Positions 25,727 to 36,786 of a stretch of DNA of 64,000 nucleotides are shown here, piece by piece (the stretch's first letter is position 1; the number at the start of each line of letters is the position of its first letter). The stretch is from Ostrea edulis (Eukaryota), in the NCBI RefSeq assembly GCF_947568905.1, contig NC_079171.1, positions 49,476,001 through 49,540,000 of the forward strand, given 5' to 3'. The position numbers and the translations under genes are program-made. A model generated the notes under the pieces. That model made no database searches. It was given only the letters and a program-made list of their open reading frames with translations, and was not told the origin of the DNA.

Positions 25727-28700
25727 TGAGCTTGGACACCATCAATATGCATCGAAATCATGATTCAATCGTATCAACTGTACTCAATTTATGTTGATAG
25801 ATTATTTGAACAACGCTGTCTTGCAATCATGGACCGCATGTACGAAGAGAACACAAAACACACCATCGATCTGATGGACGACGAGGCTGTGGTCTGGGGA
25901 ATAGAATCCAGTCCTTTGACCTTTGCATATGAAAACTTCATGTATGACGTAGTGGCGCACACGTGTTCTCAGAAGAATATGAATAAACAGTGGTACAACA
26001 ATCAAGCCCCGGACCTAGTGCCATTCTTAAAAGTAAAAAATCTAAGTGAAGTGTTCCATACTTTTGAAATTCGCAAATTATTGTCATCAACATAATTTCA
26101 CCACAATCATTATTATATTTTAGTCCGTGTTCAGCAAACCTAACAAGTTCTTTACAGCACCACTGACGAAATACGTTTACAACTATGTACGTAGCATACC
26201 ATGATTATTGCAGATTTATTCTTTTTACTGCATACACAAAAAGTGAAATCGATTCAATTACTGATTAGTTTAATCTCATCTGACATTACCTTATTTTTTA
26301 TCTTCAGGACCGTACTGTTGAAATGAATTGTATGCTTACTTTATGTTCTCTTCTCCCAGATGATGTTCTTTTCTATGTTGGTGATGTACAGCGCCTTTGT
26401 ACTTACCAGCATAAGTACTGAGTATTACGTCCAGGACATCGCCAGGGTCTTTGAATACTATGTGTATTTTTGGGGTGTGGGCGATTTTATTGAGGAACTT
26501 ATCAGTTGTTTTGTAAGCATAATTTTACAATAAAAATGCACCTTACAAAATATAAATAAGTAAAACTATAATTTTATAATGATACGCGCACTCTGGAAAT
26601 GTCTAATTTTGTGACGTACGGTTTCTGTGGGTTGTCGATGAGAAAACAAAGGTAACAAAACAATGATCAATCTCATTAGAGACATAAATAATACAAAATT
26701 GAAAGTAGGACAAACACATATTCATAGACATACTAGAAGTGGAATCAAGTGTGGAGAAGTGAGCATGAAGGGCGAATATAACGAGCAGTGATAAATCTCA
26801 TAACTCCTATAAGCAAAACAAAACAGAGCTGGGCAAACACGGACCCTTGGACACACCAGAGGTGGATCAGGTGCCTAGGAGGAGTAAGCATCCCCTGTTG
26901 ACCAGCCACACACCCCGTGAGCTATATATCTTGATCACGTACACAAAGTTATCGTGTTTGCCCAACAATCTATGTTGTATTCCTTATAGGAGTTATAAGA
27001 TTGATCACTGTTCGTTATCTTCACCTTGCATAAATCAATGTGTCAAGAACGACCTAACGATCGGCATGAAACACGCAAGAAAGTATTTGACCCAATGATA
27101 GGTTGTATTAGTAAACTAGATCGTTATATTTATATCGTTGATTTTAAGCGAGATTATTGGAACCCCTGCACCAGGATCCTTTATAAACGACCCAAAATTA
27201 CCTTGGGTTGTATAACTTTATGAGATAAACATAGTAATCCATAATCAAATCTTCATTCAAATAACGGCCTAAGCATTGTCAATAAATGCGACATGCAGTA
27301 TGTGGCCCAACGACATGTTATATTGGTGAATGAAATTATTCGAACACCCACATACATTTCGCAAAATTCAGGCTTGCAACGTAAAATTTATATATTTGCC
27401 TGCCTTGATAAAAAAAACCTGACCAGCCTCACGGTGGATGTGAGCGGTCAACAAGGGGTGCTTACTCCTCTTAGGCACCTGATCACACTTCTGGTGTATC
27501 CAGGCGTCCGTTCTGCCAAACTATCGCTTTTGTAGTGCTTACTTTTCCATTAGCATCTACATATGATGGTATCTCACTATCGCGATAGCGCAGTGGGACG
27601 TGGTGGATTCAAGCTCCACTTGCATCATGACCGCGCTACACGGGTAGTATGAGATTCTATCATTGGGTCAAATGATGTATGACTTGTTTCATACCGATTA
27701 TTAAGCCGTTCTTGGCACACTGGTTTTGATTACGGATAGCTCCGTTTACCTGATCAAGATATAGGGCTCACGGCAGGTGTGACCGGTCGACAGGGGATGC
27801 TCACTCGTCTTAGTCACCTGATCCCATCTCTGGTGTATCCATGAGTTCGTGTCTGCCAAACTATCTATTTTATATTGCTTATAGGATTTATCAGATTGAT
27901 CGCTGTTCGTTATCTTCACCTTTCATGCAGAATATCTTGTTGCGTTTGGAATCGGTTGAAAAATATAAACAGCATGTGCAGGTTACAATGGAATATTGTT
28001 ACAAAACCATGGGGAGTTTACAACGGAGAAGCTGAAGTCATTTAGTTTTTCTTTACGATGATTTTTGTTTACTTTTCCACTAGCATCTACATGTGATGGT
28101 ATCTCACTATCTCGAGTTATAAAATTGATCACTGTTCTTTATCTTCACTTTTCATTGTTATGATATTGATCACTATTCGTTATCTTCGCCTTTGTTCGTT
28201 TGTCAAACTCTAGGATTTACAAGTGAGTTTCCGATATCAAAATAAATGCGGGTGTCGTGTGTCATTAAGCGTCAAACATAGGTCAAACTTTGTGGTACTT
28301 CAGGTACAGCAGGTGGTTTGCAATGTAAATGAAATCCCAGGGGTCCGTGTATGCTCAGCTCTCTGTTTTGTATTGCTTATAGAACTTGCGAGATTGATCA
28401 GTGTTCGTTATCGTTACCTTTCATTTCACATATCACTTTCACGTCTATATAAGACGTCTATATGAGAAGCACAAATCTTTTGTTGTGGCCTTCAATTTGG
28501 CATTTAGATATAACGAGGATGTTTTATATGCAGGTGAAGATAACGAACAGTGATCAATCTCATAACTCCTACAAGCAATACAAAATATCATGAACTATAC
28601 TTTTTATTCGTATGTTGATTCTATATATCCCAGTGAACTCCGAACAACAAACATCATATAGTCTTCCACATCTGCTTCATTTCAAAGTAGTTTTTATTGA

Positions 28701-31700
28701 ATATGAATGTCAACGGCAAACTAACAACTAAAATATGAGAAAAAACTTACTTCAGATTCTCCATCGTCAACTTCCCATTTCTATGTATAAATATCCCATT
28801 AACACATGTATTTGGTGTTTATATGATGTCTATGTCTCTTAACTGATTATATATGTTAGAGAACGTTCTGTGTATTATCGATATCTAGATAGAGATAAGC
28901 TTCTGATAAACAAATTAATTTCACAATGCCTCGTTTGAAATCAGCATGATTGATACAATGATCATATACAACATGTGGTGTCGAATTATGTCTTAGATGT
29001 TCTATGCTAGGTTACCAGATCAGGGTAGAGAACTTGTGATGAATGTGATCGGTCAACAGTGCATGCGTATACCTCCTAGGGACATAATACAATATCTGTT
29101 ATGTCCAGGTATCTGTGTTAGTCACACTCTTAATTTGTATTCCGTATTAGAAATGTTTCCATTTCAAACTATAGCAATATCGGATTTCTGATTTAAGGTT
29201 TCATCGTAAAGCCCACATATAGCTGATTATTTCATATTCCTGGGCAAAATTACAGATATGCCTAAGATATGGTAATCGACTTCAATTCGATCACAGGAAA
29301 TCGGGGCACATTTGCACATATAAAAGATCACAAAATAAGAAATGGAATATAAAATAGAATATTTGTTTTCTAAAACTGACAAAAAATGCTTAAATATCAT
29401 CTAGGGATGCCTAGAAGCAAAGGGTCGTTCACATCGCAGTTATTACTCCCGGATGAAGAGATACCTGTATGACTTCTGGAATGTTGTGGATCTTTTGTCG
29501 TATGCAATACTGATTGCTGCGTTGTTCGTGCGTCACATGTACCCCTCTGATACTTTTACCATCGCCAGGAGAATGTTTTCCTTATCCCTGCTTGTCATGT
29601 ATCTGAGGTTTCTGGAAGTATTTCTCATCCACAGACGGCTGGGACCTACCCTAATTATGATCAAGGAAATGGTACGTCATTTTGTTTTTAAAATATGATA
29701 TGATACACAGCAATAGTATGTATTAAAATCTTTATAAAAGCTGTAGTGAAATAAAATTCTATGGAATTATGTCTCCACTCTTTCAAGGGAGACATACTTT
29801 CCGTCCGTCCGTCCGTCTGTCTGTCATACAATATTGTGAACGCTTCCCTTCTTATATGGTTTAGTGGATAGACTTGGAACTTTGTACAATACTTCATTGC
29901 CATTTGTAGATGCACACATTGTTAAGACAGGATAATCCAAACCGTTATAGTGGATGTAAGAAGATGGAGGATGTAAAATAGCTTCTGATTACTTCTCCTC
30001 TATGGCTTATCTGATAAACTTGAAAGTTTGTACAATGCTTCATTGCCATATGTGGGTGTGTACATATTGATGAGACATGTGGATCCAATTGTTTTCGTAA
30101 AGGTTATCATGGATCTTAGAGAGGTGAAGGATGTTAAATTCGTCTGTGGACACTTCTCTTATATGGCTTATCGGATAAATTTGAAACTATTTGCAATGCT
30201 TCATTGCCATTTGTAGATCTGCATATTGTCGGGACAGAGAGATCAAACTGTTTTCCTCAAAGTTATCGTGAATCTTAGAGAGGTGGAGGATGTTGAAATA
30301 GCTTGTGAACACTTCTCCCATATTGTTTATTGGATATATTTGAAACTGTACAATGCTACATTGTCATTTGCAGATGTGCATTTTGCAGGGAGAGGAGGAT
30401 CCAACAATCGTTGTCCTGAATGTTGTAGTGAATTTGGGGGGTGAAGGGTGTAAAATAGTTTGTGAACACTTTCTCCCAAGTGACTTATCGGAGTTTATAA
30501 TGTCTTTGTTGTTGCTCATGCTTTCTCCTTCATACCCTACAGTACATTAAGGGAGAAGGTTTTCATTTGGAGCACTTCCAATTTGGGGAGCTGGGTAGAC
30601 AATTGTTTTTTCATAAAAACAGTTTCTAGTTACCATAAGTGTTGCGGTTCGCTATCACATCTGTCAATATCGCATCACAAGACTCTACTAAATCGCTTTG
30701 TAAACTTTAACACGTACATGTCAGCTACGTTAATCAATTAATGTTCCAGAATTTAAAGATAAAATTATTTTACCGCTTGTAAAGGAATCCCTAAATTTTA
30801 ATGTTTACTAAAATAATGTCCCCGATTTTTTTTTTTACCTTAGCTCTATTAATCGTTCTAAATTTTGAATTCCGTTCCGCATTTAGTAACATTTTGTTAT
30901 ATACCATAAAACATACCTTAGAGTTTGCTTCAAATCGTTGATGATAAGCTTGAAACCTCTAGAAGTAATATTTGGGATTGAACAAACATAATGCTCTTTT
31001 CTTAGAAAAACAAAATTGTTGGATACATGGCCTATTCACATTCATGTTTGTTTTGTATTAAAATATTGTAGTTGAAGGATTTATTTGGTTTCCTGTTCGT
31101 GGCAGTCTTTATTGTGATAGGAGTTGGGATTTACTTCCACGCGAACCTCTGGCCGGATCATCAGGACATGTGGGATGCTGACTGGACGCAGTGGAGAATT
31201 TGGAAAATCATCTATTTCCCTTACTTTCAACTTTATGGGGAACTATTCAATAATTTTTTGGAAGGTAACTATGTTATTGTTCAATGCGAACTTGATTAAT
31301 ACAGTATAGTCATAATTGATAAGTTGTTCAATTCACGAGATTTTGTTCTTGGTTTTCAAGAAACAATTTAGAGCATAATTATGAAATAACATTTCGATAC
31401 GATAACCGAATGTCTGTGGAGCTTTGCTATCGTAGTTGTTGAAGACTACTTTTGAATGTCATGTGTGTGGGATCTAGTGTAGTGGTTTATTTCATCCAAA
31501 AAAAAAATCCTCGGGTTTATCCGTACGATGAAAGGTGGAGATAACGAACAGTGATCGATCTCAAGACTCCTATAGGCAATAAAAATTAGATAACAGGTGC
31601 CTAGGAGGAGTATGCATCCACTGTCGACCGGTCACAACCGTCGTGAGCCCTACATCCTGATAAGGTAAACAGAGTTATTCGTAGTCAAAATCAGTGTGCC

Positions 31701-34700
31701 AAGAACGGCCTAACAATCGGTATGAAACACGTCAGCCAGCATTTAACACAAATTTGTGTCGACAAACTTGCAATTGATATAATTGGCAAAATGCTGACGT
31801 CAATCAAGACTGTTGAAACCACTGTACCATCAATGAAATCAATAAATCATATGTGATTAAGCATCTAAATTTTTACATCAATGAACTGTCATGGAAGACA
31901 TATAATCGATGTTATCTTTGTCTTTAATTTCAACATTTCAAAATAATAACTATCTTGCAAAATGATGTTATCTTATTTTTTTTTTACAATTCTAGGCAAA
32001 GAACTATCAGACTGTTCTCACAATACTTCGGTGTTGCAGTCCGACTCTTCCATTGAACGTTGTCCTCAAGAAGACTGGACAGTGTTGGGCGTGTCAGCAT
32101 TGTACATGTTATTCTCTAATCTTCTCTTGGTCAACCTCGTTATTGCCATGTTCAGGTATAATCGTATTATATGCGCCATCTTTATGAGCCAATTGTTTTA
32201 CTATTCATTTGAAGTTTTGGACATACATTATAGACAATGCTAAGCATTACCGTTAGGGTGACATTTTAGTGAGATGGGAAGTGTTTGCCTATTGCAAGTA
32301 CGTTCATAATTTCCTAGATATTTGAATTTTTTCTTATCATATCAAGCACATTTGTCAAACATAAATTGTCAAAGCATGTTTGATAGTCAAGTGCTAAGGG
32401 CGCTCGTTTTGGAACCGGGTGGCTCGTGTTTGATTCTTAATTCCGGTGCCTAGAACTTTCAATACAAGTGGATGTCATTTCATCTTCAAGATTAAGATCA
32501 AAAGTCATGGGTCTTGTGGATGCGACTGTAAAGACAAACGTGGGTAAGATCATGTACCCCCACTGCAACGGTTTTGGGGTATATGCAGAGATTAACATTT
32601 CTGACACTTCACTAAAAGGTGAGGTCTTTACAAGGGAGCAAAGTTTACAAATGGGACTTAGAACAATATGAAAGAAACAACTATCGACGATATGTTTAAT
32701 CTATATATCCTATTACCCTGATATATATGATTTCATTTTTTATTCCAGCTATACATTTGAAAGGGTTCAAGAAAATTCCGAAAAATTGTGGAGATTTGAG
32801 AGGTATACCGTCATCAATGATTATGAATGGAGGATTCCTTCTCCTATCAACCTTGTATTCCTTCCGTATCGTTTTTGTTGCTGCCCAGGTCGGGAGGGAT
32901 GCTGCCTTGACAAGTGTACAAGTAAGATCTAAATTCAAAATAAAAACGTTATCTACATCTACAAATTAGCAAAATTTCGAAACGAATGACGTGGTACACT
33001 TTTACGTTCGATGTAAATTAGATTTATTGTAACTTCCTAATCCAAATTATATACAACACGACATATATTGAAATCCATATAGTCATTTTCATTCATACTG
33101 TTACCCACTTATGGGCTGAAAGTAGGTCAATCAGTTTTCCATTTTTTATTCCGTTATGGATACAGTCATTGCCCTGAACTGTGATCAGAACCTGCCTCTA
33201 AAGGAAATAGAGATTCAGTTTGCATTTCAAATGAATTAGTACATCATCACCTACTTTAGAACTCAATTATCAAATAGTTTCCTGGACATTTTCTCACTTT
33301 GGATAGAGATATTGCAGTGACATTTTGTCACGACTTCACTTTCAGAGAAATACATAAACAATCCACATGTCAGCTTAATTAGTGTGTTTTGACGTAATTT
33401 AAGATTAAATGTAGGTCAAATACTTTCCTGTACTTTTTCATCAAGGATACAGATATTGCACTGACATATTGCCACAACCACCAAGAAATATACAATCAGT
33501 TCACATGTCCGTAGGATTGTTGCACCATGATCTAAATTAAGTCTTAAAGTATGTCAAACAGTTTTCATAACTCTATAATGTTATGGATATAGGTTTTGTC
33601 CTAAAAATTACTCACGACCAGATATAATGTGAGTTAGGCGATTACTCACGATCAGATATAATGTGAGTTAGGCGATTATTCACGACCAGATATACCCAGA
33701 GTTTTGTGTTGATTTAAGACTGTCAGTCATTCCAATGTCCGAAGGGCGTATGATAGATCGTTTTCAGTACTCGTATTTGTAGAATTCGATTATTCTGCTG
33801 AATTAATACGCGCTATAATTGAACTGATGCTCTCTTCAAATGAATTGATAATATCAACAATTGAGATGATGTGCGCTGTAACTCAACTAAGTAGAGCAAT
33901 AATTCAATCGCTCAATTCAAATGATATGCGAATGATTAAATTATTGCTCTCGTCAATTGAATGAATGATATCATCAAGTCAATTGATGCACTCAAAACTT
34001 CTAACTTCTTTTAGAGAAATCAATTATCCGATGAAAGATATCTTAAATTCAACGTACCTACAACTGAATTAAGTCGACTCGATATATATATACACGTTAG
34101 TTTTCTTTATTCTAAATGACTATACACATGGAGGGACGCGGCACAGTTTAAAGATGACGATATTTCATTTCGATCAAGTCATATTCCTAAAGGTAAATAG
34201 TTTCAAATTTAGGATTTTGATACGGAAGGTAGGGTATTTTGCCTCGGTTAGATACGATTTGGATGTGAATGTGGAAAATGCCCAACATTTGAGTTGAGAT
34301 TATTTACATTGCTATATTTGAGAGGACGTTGTTCCAATCCGTATCACTTTTTATATTTTCGAAGGTGCTGTCCGATGTCCTCCTATTAAAATGAATTATG
34401 GAAAATAAAATGGCTCTTGATTTTTTTTTTGGTCATAAATATAACACAAATAAAACAGAATGTCCATGGTAATATTCTAAAATCGATGTCATAATGCACT
34501 TGGTCCATGGTTGTGCTTTATATTACATTTAAGCATTTTATTACAAAAATGTGGTAATTGTAGCAAAATCTTGCATTTCATGATGTTTGGGGCAGTAAAT
34601 CCCAAATGCACCAGTGCAAAACTCTAAGAACTCTTGCTACCGTCATAAATTATCGCACAAAGACTTTTTATGCAGGAAATAATTTGTTGAAACTTATCTT

Positions 34701-35969
34701 TATTTTGGCCATTTCACAGGACTGATTTTGGCCCTCCTTTGTCCAATCATAATGACAACCCTAGATGCAGATCATTATGTGGTATTCGTTAGTGTACGAA
34801 TTCTAAGAAAATCTCAAAGCTATCCTTTTATAATTAGTCCAGTCAAAATCATCTGTACAGAAGAAAACTTACAGGCAGATATGGTGTTACAATATACATG
34901 TACCCTTCTAGACTTCATTTGTTTGGGAATGGCAAAATATGATACAAATTATTACATACAGATACCTCACTTTTTTTTCTTCCTAACTTCCTTGATGAAA
35001 GGTAATTGAACTTTAAGCAGGTACTATACTTATATCATATTGAACCAAACACATACACATATTACTGTCTTATTTGAAGTCAGCATTTCGTTCAATGTTT
35101 ACATTCTAGGTATGTATGTAGGTATGAATTGGTTAGCCTTGGTATTTATTTTCACAATTGTCATAAAATACGGTGACTGCTATATACAGTGGCTAGTTTG
35201 TAATTAGGACATTTGGATGAGAGACAAATCGTTCCCATGAAATAAAATGTGTTCCTAAATCAGTCACCGTAGATAAAAGAACGAATTTCAAATAGATTAA
35301 ACGTAATAGACTAACCGTAATAATTACATAGTACATGTATTTAACGATATCGTGTTCCCATCAATACGTAGGTTTAAATTTCCTTGTCAGTCGCAGACTA
35401 TGAGAGTCAGTCCTTAGCAAAATTCACAAACATTAGGATATTTATATTTCATTTGCCCTAACATGTAACAACACGGACGGAGCAATCACCCATCTCGCGA
35501 CCCAGCTAATAGGATACATGGATCGTGAAAATTCTGCATGTTAGGTGTTTGTCAGATCAAATCCCAATAGTTTAAAAAATTGTCATAATTTGCAATGAGA
35601 AATGTAACAGAAACAACCCGTTTATTCAATAACTTAATCTAAAGTCAAAACAGTCAAGTTATCGCTATCTATCTTGTATAGAGCGATGCCTAAACATTTA
35701 CTGACCTGTCTGAAATAAGGATTGCTTCATTCAGATAACAAACAATGATCATCTGCAAACACCACTGTCGTATGATTTTATTTCTAACATTACATTTACG
35801 GCTACAGTGGGCTCTCAATTATGAAATGGGGTGGATATATATAATTCTATTCTTTTTTTCCAATATCTTTATAGAGGAATCAGAGGAACGAAACATTAAA
35901 GAAGAAAACAAGGAATTTCGGAGGGACTTTCAAAGGATAACAGCATTCAGAATACGTGATAAACTGTAG
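7269..35969 (+). CDS. TRPM: TRPM-family cation channel, spliced gene (15 exons found; 5' exons not resolved)
   Basis: Exons 7269-7380, 8095-8200, 8494-8819, 8962-9069, 12281-12389, 23536-23658, 23745-23844, 25801-26032, 26124-26186, 26360-26512, 29405-29671, 31072-31264, 31996-32155, 32749-32921 and 35875-35969 all have AG/GT boundaries and compatible phases, giving one open frame of ~772 aa. TRPM motifs occur in the expected order: ALRANRCDYVRVLL, LLLWAIFANRKEIA, AHTCSQKNMNKQW, FFTAP, WNVVD, LGPTLIMIKEM, YFQLYGELF, NLLLVNLVIAMFS, YTFERVQENSEKLWRFERY. Confidence 0.93.
7574..7955 (+). mobile_element. PLE 3' fragment (same family as 379-1212), in a TRPM intron
   Basis: Collinear with ~830-1212 and has the same 3' terminus. 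Confidence 0.9.
8095..8200 (+). CDS. TRPM exon (IGVFDVDTDDPFMLSNIVGEAIVSCW...)
   Basis: gtag|ATT ... AAA T|gtagat; phase 0 to 1; fits both neighbours. Confidence 0.7.
8494..8819 (+). CDS. TRPM exon (low-complexity insert, then ALPLYFYFRYQVLQESGLLKDRGH)
   Basis: Lies within open ORF 8466-8831; cag|AT ... CAC|gtaagt; phase 1 to 0. An alternative acceptor at 8773 is possible. Confidence 0.65.
8962..9069 (+). CDS. TRPM exon (ILLFEALRANRCDYVRVLLDHGV...ELYKQ)
   Basis: Matches the TRPM AL..NR.DFV.LLL..GV motif; gtag|ATT ... CAG|gtaact. Confidence 0.9.
11370..11413 (-). ncRNA. Minimal type I hammerhead ribozyme
   Basis: The - strand reads GCAUCA-CUGAAGA-GACA uuauu UGUC-GAAA-UGCGCA-UC^UGGUGC: stem I, CUGANGA core, stem II, GAAA, palindromic stem III and an AUC cleavage triplet. 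Confidence 0.9.
11721..11764 (-). ncRNA. Minimal type I hammerhead ribozyme (second tandem copy)
   Basis: Same motif as 11370-11413. Confidence 0.9.
12281..12389 (+). CDS. TRPM exon (QIQEKYTKQ...LCQRILRYK)
   Basis: ttacag|CAA ... AAA G|gtatta; phase 0 to 1 bridges the neighbouring exons. Confidence 0.65.
12768..13280. repeat. ~187-bp tandem repeat, about 2.7 copies
   Basis: Units start at 12768, 12954 and 13141. Confidence 0.9.
13763..14003 (-). mobile_element. tRNA-derived SINE
   Basis: The - strand head GGGGCCTCCCTGGCCGAGTGG (A box) ... GGTTCGAATCC (B box); (TCAA)n-like tail; second copy at ~39510-39763. Confidence 0.85.
15276..15885 (+). mobile_element. PLE 3' fragment
   Basis: Collinear with ~600-1212 and has the same 3' terminus. 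Confidence 0.9.
18083..18134. repeat. (AG)n microsatellite
   Basis: Direct inspection. Confidence 0.98.
18472..18789 (+). mobile_element. PLE 3' fragment
   Basis: Collinear with ~896-1212. Confidence 0.9.
20900..22940 (-). mobile_element. Decayed L1/Tx1-type LINE 3' region, interrupted by a TIR element
   Basis: C-terminal zinc knuckle CNNCKLTEDIKHVIFDC; GGILYVKDL...NWICEY (21560-21737); IWLNENF...FYTHW continues beyond 22765. Confidence 0.75.
21738..22762. mobile_element. Non-autonomous TIR element (MITE-like) with a CA duplication
   Basis: Inverted repeats AATTACTTGGTTCTCAGG and CCTGAGAACCAAGTAATT near the ends; removing it restores the L1/Tx1 text CACTGGGCA. Confidence 0.6.
23040..23252 (+). 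mobile_element. Degenerate PLE fragment
   Basis: Matches the RT C-terminus and start of the UTR (gggtcaaatgctg...acctgatcaagatatagg). Confidence 0.7.
23536..23658 (+). CDS. TRPM exon, MHR4 (FHLLLWAIFANRKEIAEICW)
   Basis: Matches the conserved L.LWA...NR.E.A...W motif; donor T|gtgagt. Confidence 0.9.
23745..23844 (+). CDS. TRPM exon (TGLVSSAVLRKLA...LEEHS)
   Basis: ttag|TG ... AA|gttagt; phase 1 to 2. Confidence 0.85.
24309..25675 (+). mobile_element. Tc1/mariner-superfamily DNA transposon, DD37E type, inserted in (TA)n
   Basis: 24-bp TIRs AAGGGTGTTAAGAAA(A/G)TTCGTTCC with (TA)n on both sides. The transposase runs from ATG 24508 (HTH, DQPRSGRP) to 25592 with one stop (24667) and one frameshift. 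The catalytic triad is FSDES / QDGA / SPDLNCIE. Confidence 0.95.
24834..25592 (+). pseudogene. DDE catalytic domain of the Tc1-like transposase
   Basis: Open ORF with D(ES), (Q)D(GA) and (CI)E; 37 residues between the second D and the E (hand count). Confidence 0.9.
25801..26032 (+). CDS. TRPM exon, pre-S1 (SPLTFAYENFMYDVVAHTCSQKNMNKQW)
   Basis: Matches the AH...Q......W pre-S1 motif; gatag|A TTA ... AAA|gtaaaa. Confidence 0.88.
26124..26186 (+). CDS. TRPM micro-exon (SVFSKPNKFFTAPLTKYVYNY)
   Basis: Matches the FF.AP..K motif before S1; tttag|TCC ... TAT|gtacgt. Confidence 0.88.
26360..26512 (+). CDS. TRPM exon, S1-S2
   Basis: Hydrophobic MMFFSMLVMYSAFVL...EYYVYFWGVGDFIEEL; cccag|ATG ... 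TTT|gtaagc. Confidence 0.9.
26630..29150. mobile_element. Cluster of rearranged PLE 3' fragments in both orientations
   Basis: Several partial copies of the PLE UTR, e.g. 26820-26930 (-), 27430-27540 (+), 27660-27922 (+), 28340-28425 (+), 28530-28590 (-), 28600-29150 (+). Confidence 0.75.
29405..29671 (+). CDS. TRPM exon, S3-S4 and S4-S5 linker
   Basis: YLYDFWNVVDLL...RFLEVFLIHRRLGPTLIMIKEM; ctag|GGA ... ATG|gtacgt. Confidence 0.95.
29765..30610 (+). mobile_element. Helentron/HINE-like element with an internal ~159-bp tandem array
   Basis: 5' hairpin TGTCTCC...GGAGACA, (CCGT)n/(CTGT)n microsatellite, and 4-5 diverged units starting near 29844, 29993, 30153, 30312 and 30469. Confidence 0.7.
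31072..31264 (+). CDS. TRPM exon, S5, pore helix and filter
   Basis: LKDLFGFLFVAVFIVIGVGI...YFPYFQLYGELF; gtag|TTG ... GAA G|gtaact. Confidence 0.95.
31533..31745 (-). mobile_element. PLE 3' fragment with internal deletion
   Basis: Reverse complement of the PLE UTR (aaggtggagataacgaacagtgatc...gtcaaaatcagtgtgccaagaacgg). Confidence 0.85.
31996..32155 (+). CDS. TRPM exon, pore loop and S6
   Basis: C...C pore-loop cysteines and YMLFSNLLLVNLVIAMF; ctag|GC ... AG|gtataa. Confidence 0.95.
32749..32921 (+). CDS. TRPM exon, TRP box (YTFERVQENSEKLWRFERY)
   Basis: ccag|C TAT ... ACA A|gtaaga; TRP-helix motif W.F.RY. Not called in the ORF track in this frame. Confidence 0.93.
33608..33694. repeat. 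34-bp minisatellite, 2.5 copies
   Basis: ttactcacgaccagatataatgtgagttaggcga at 33608, 33642 and (partial) 33676. Confidence 0.9.
35875..35969 (+). CDS. Probable terminal TRPM exon (ESEERNIKEENKEFRRDFQRITAFRIRDKL*)
   Basis: Polypyrimidine tract with atag|AG; phase 1 matches; charged helix ends at TAG 35967-35969. Confidence 0.7.
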
Positions 35970-36786
35970 CGAGGAAGTGGATCGTTGTTATGGTTAAAGA
36001 CGTTTGGTTTAACATTTGAATTAGGACATGTATCTTGAGTGTGTACATTTTCATCACATTCACGATACAATATGTGGGTATATTAATTCCATTTATGTAC
36101 ATTATAACACAGTCTTTAATCTCTGTCATACACAAAAAGGTGGAGGTATTAACCTTTTAAAGCTAGTTTGAGTGTTTACATGATAACAGATGACAGCAAA
36201 TATGCACTCCGGTATGACGTAATTCCATGGGTTTTATAAATAGATCACACATGTACTTCGATATAAACACTACCCGGGGGTTTAACATTGATCTTGTTGG
36301 CGGTGATAACAGTCAAATACCCTGTATTTATTAAAAGGTGCTACAAGAATCCTACTGCTTTCAGTAACAAATAGTTATCGAACATTTAAATACACCTCAA
36401 AATTTTACACATACGTTCTAGAATTTTCTTAACAGACAATGCTGGCAGCAATTGTCATGTAGGTTATTTAACTACCATTCATCTAGGGTATAAAATGTCC
36501 CAAAATATGTGGTGTAGTGCTATAGTTTTGCAATTCTATGTCACTGTATGACAGAGGAAATTCTAATTCAAATGAAAAAAAAAATATTTTGAGTAAAAGT
36601 TTTCATGAATGAAATCAACACATCTTTTATGATATCAATTTATTCTCAATGTTTTACATTTATAATCCACAGCATGTATTTCAGATACTTCGATGTTGTC
36701 TATATTTCTATAGCACAGTTAACAGATATTTTACATGTGTTATCGCCACTGGATGTATAGTTATAACGTCATCAGTCATACAAATA

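Noticed and set aside
33608-33694. CRISPR-like array
   Set aside because: Units are contiguous with no spacers, there are no cas genes, and the context is eukaryotic.
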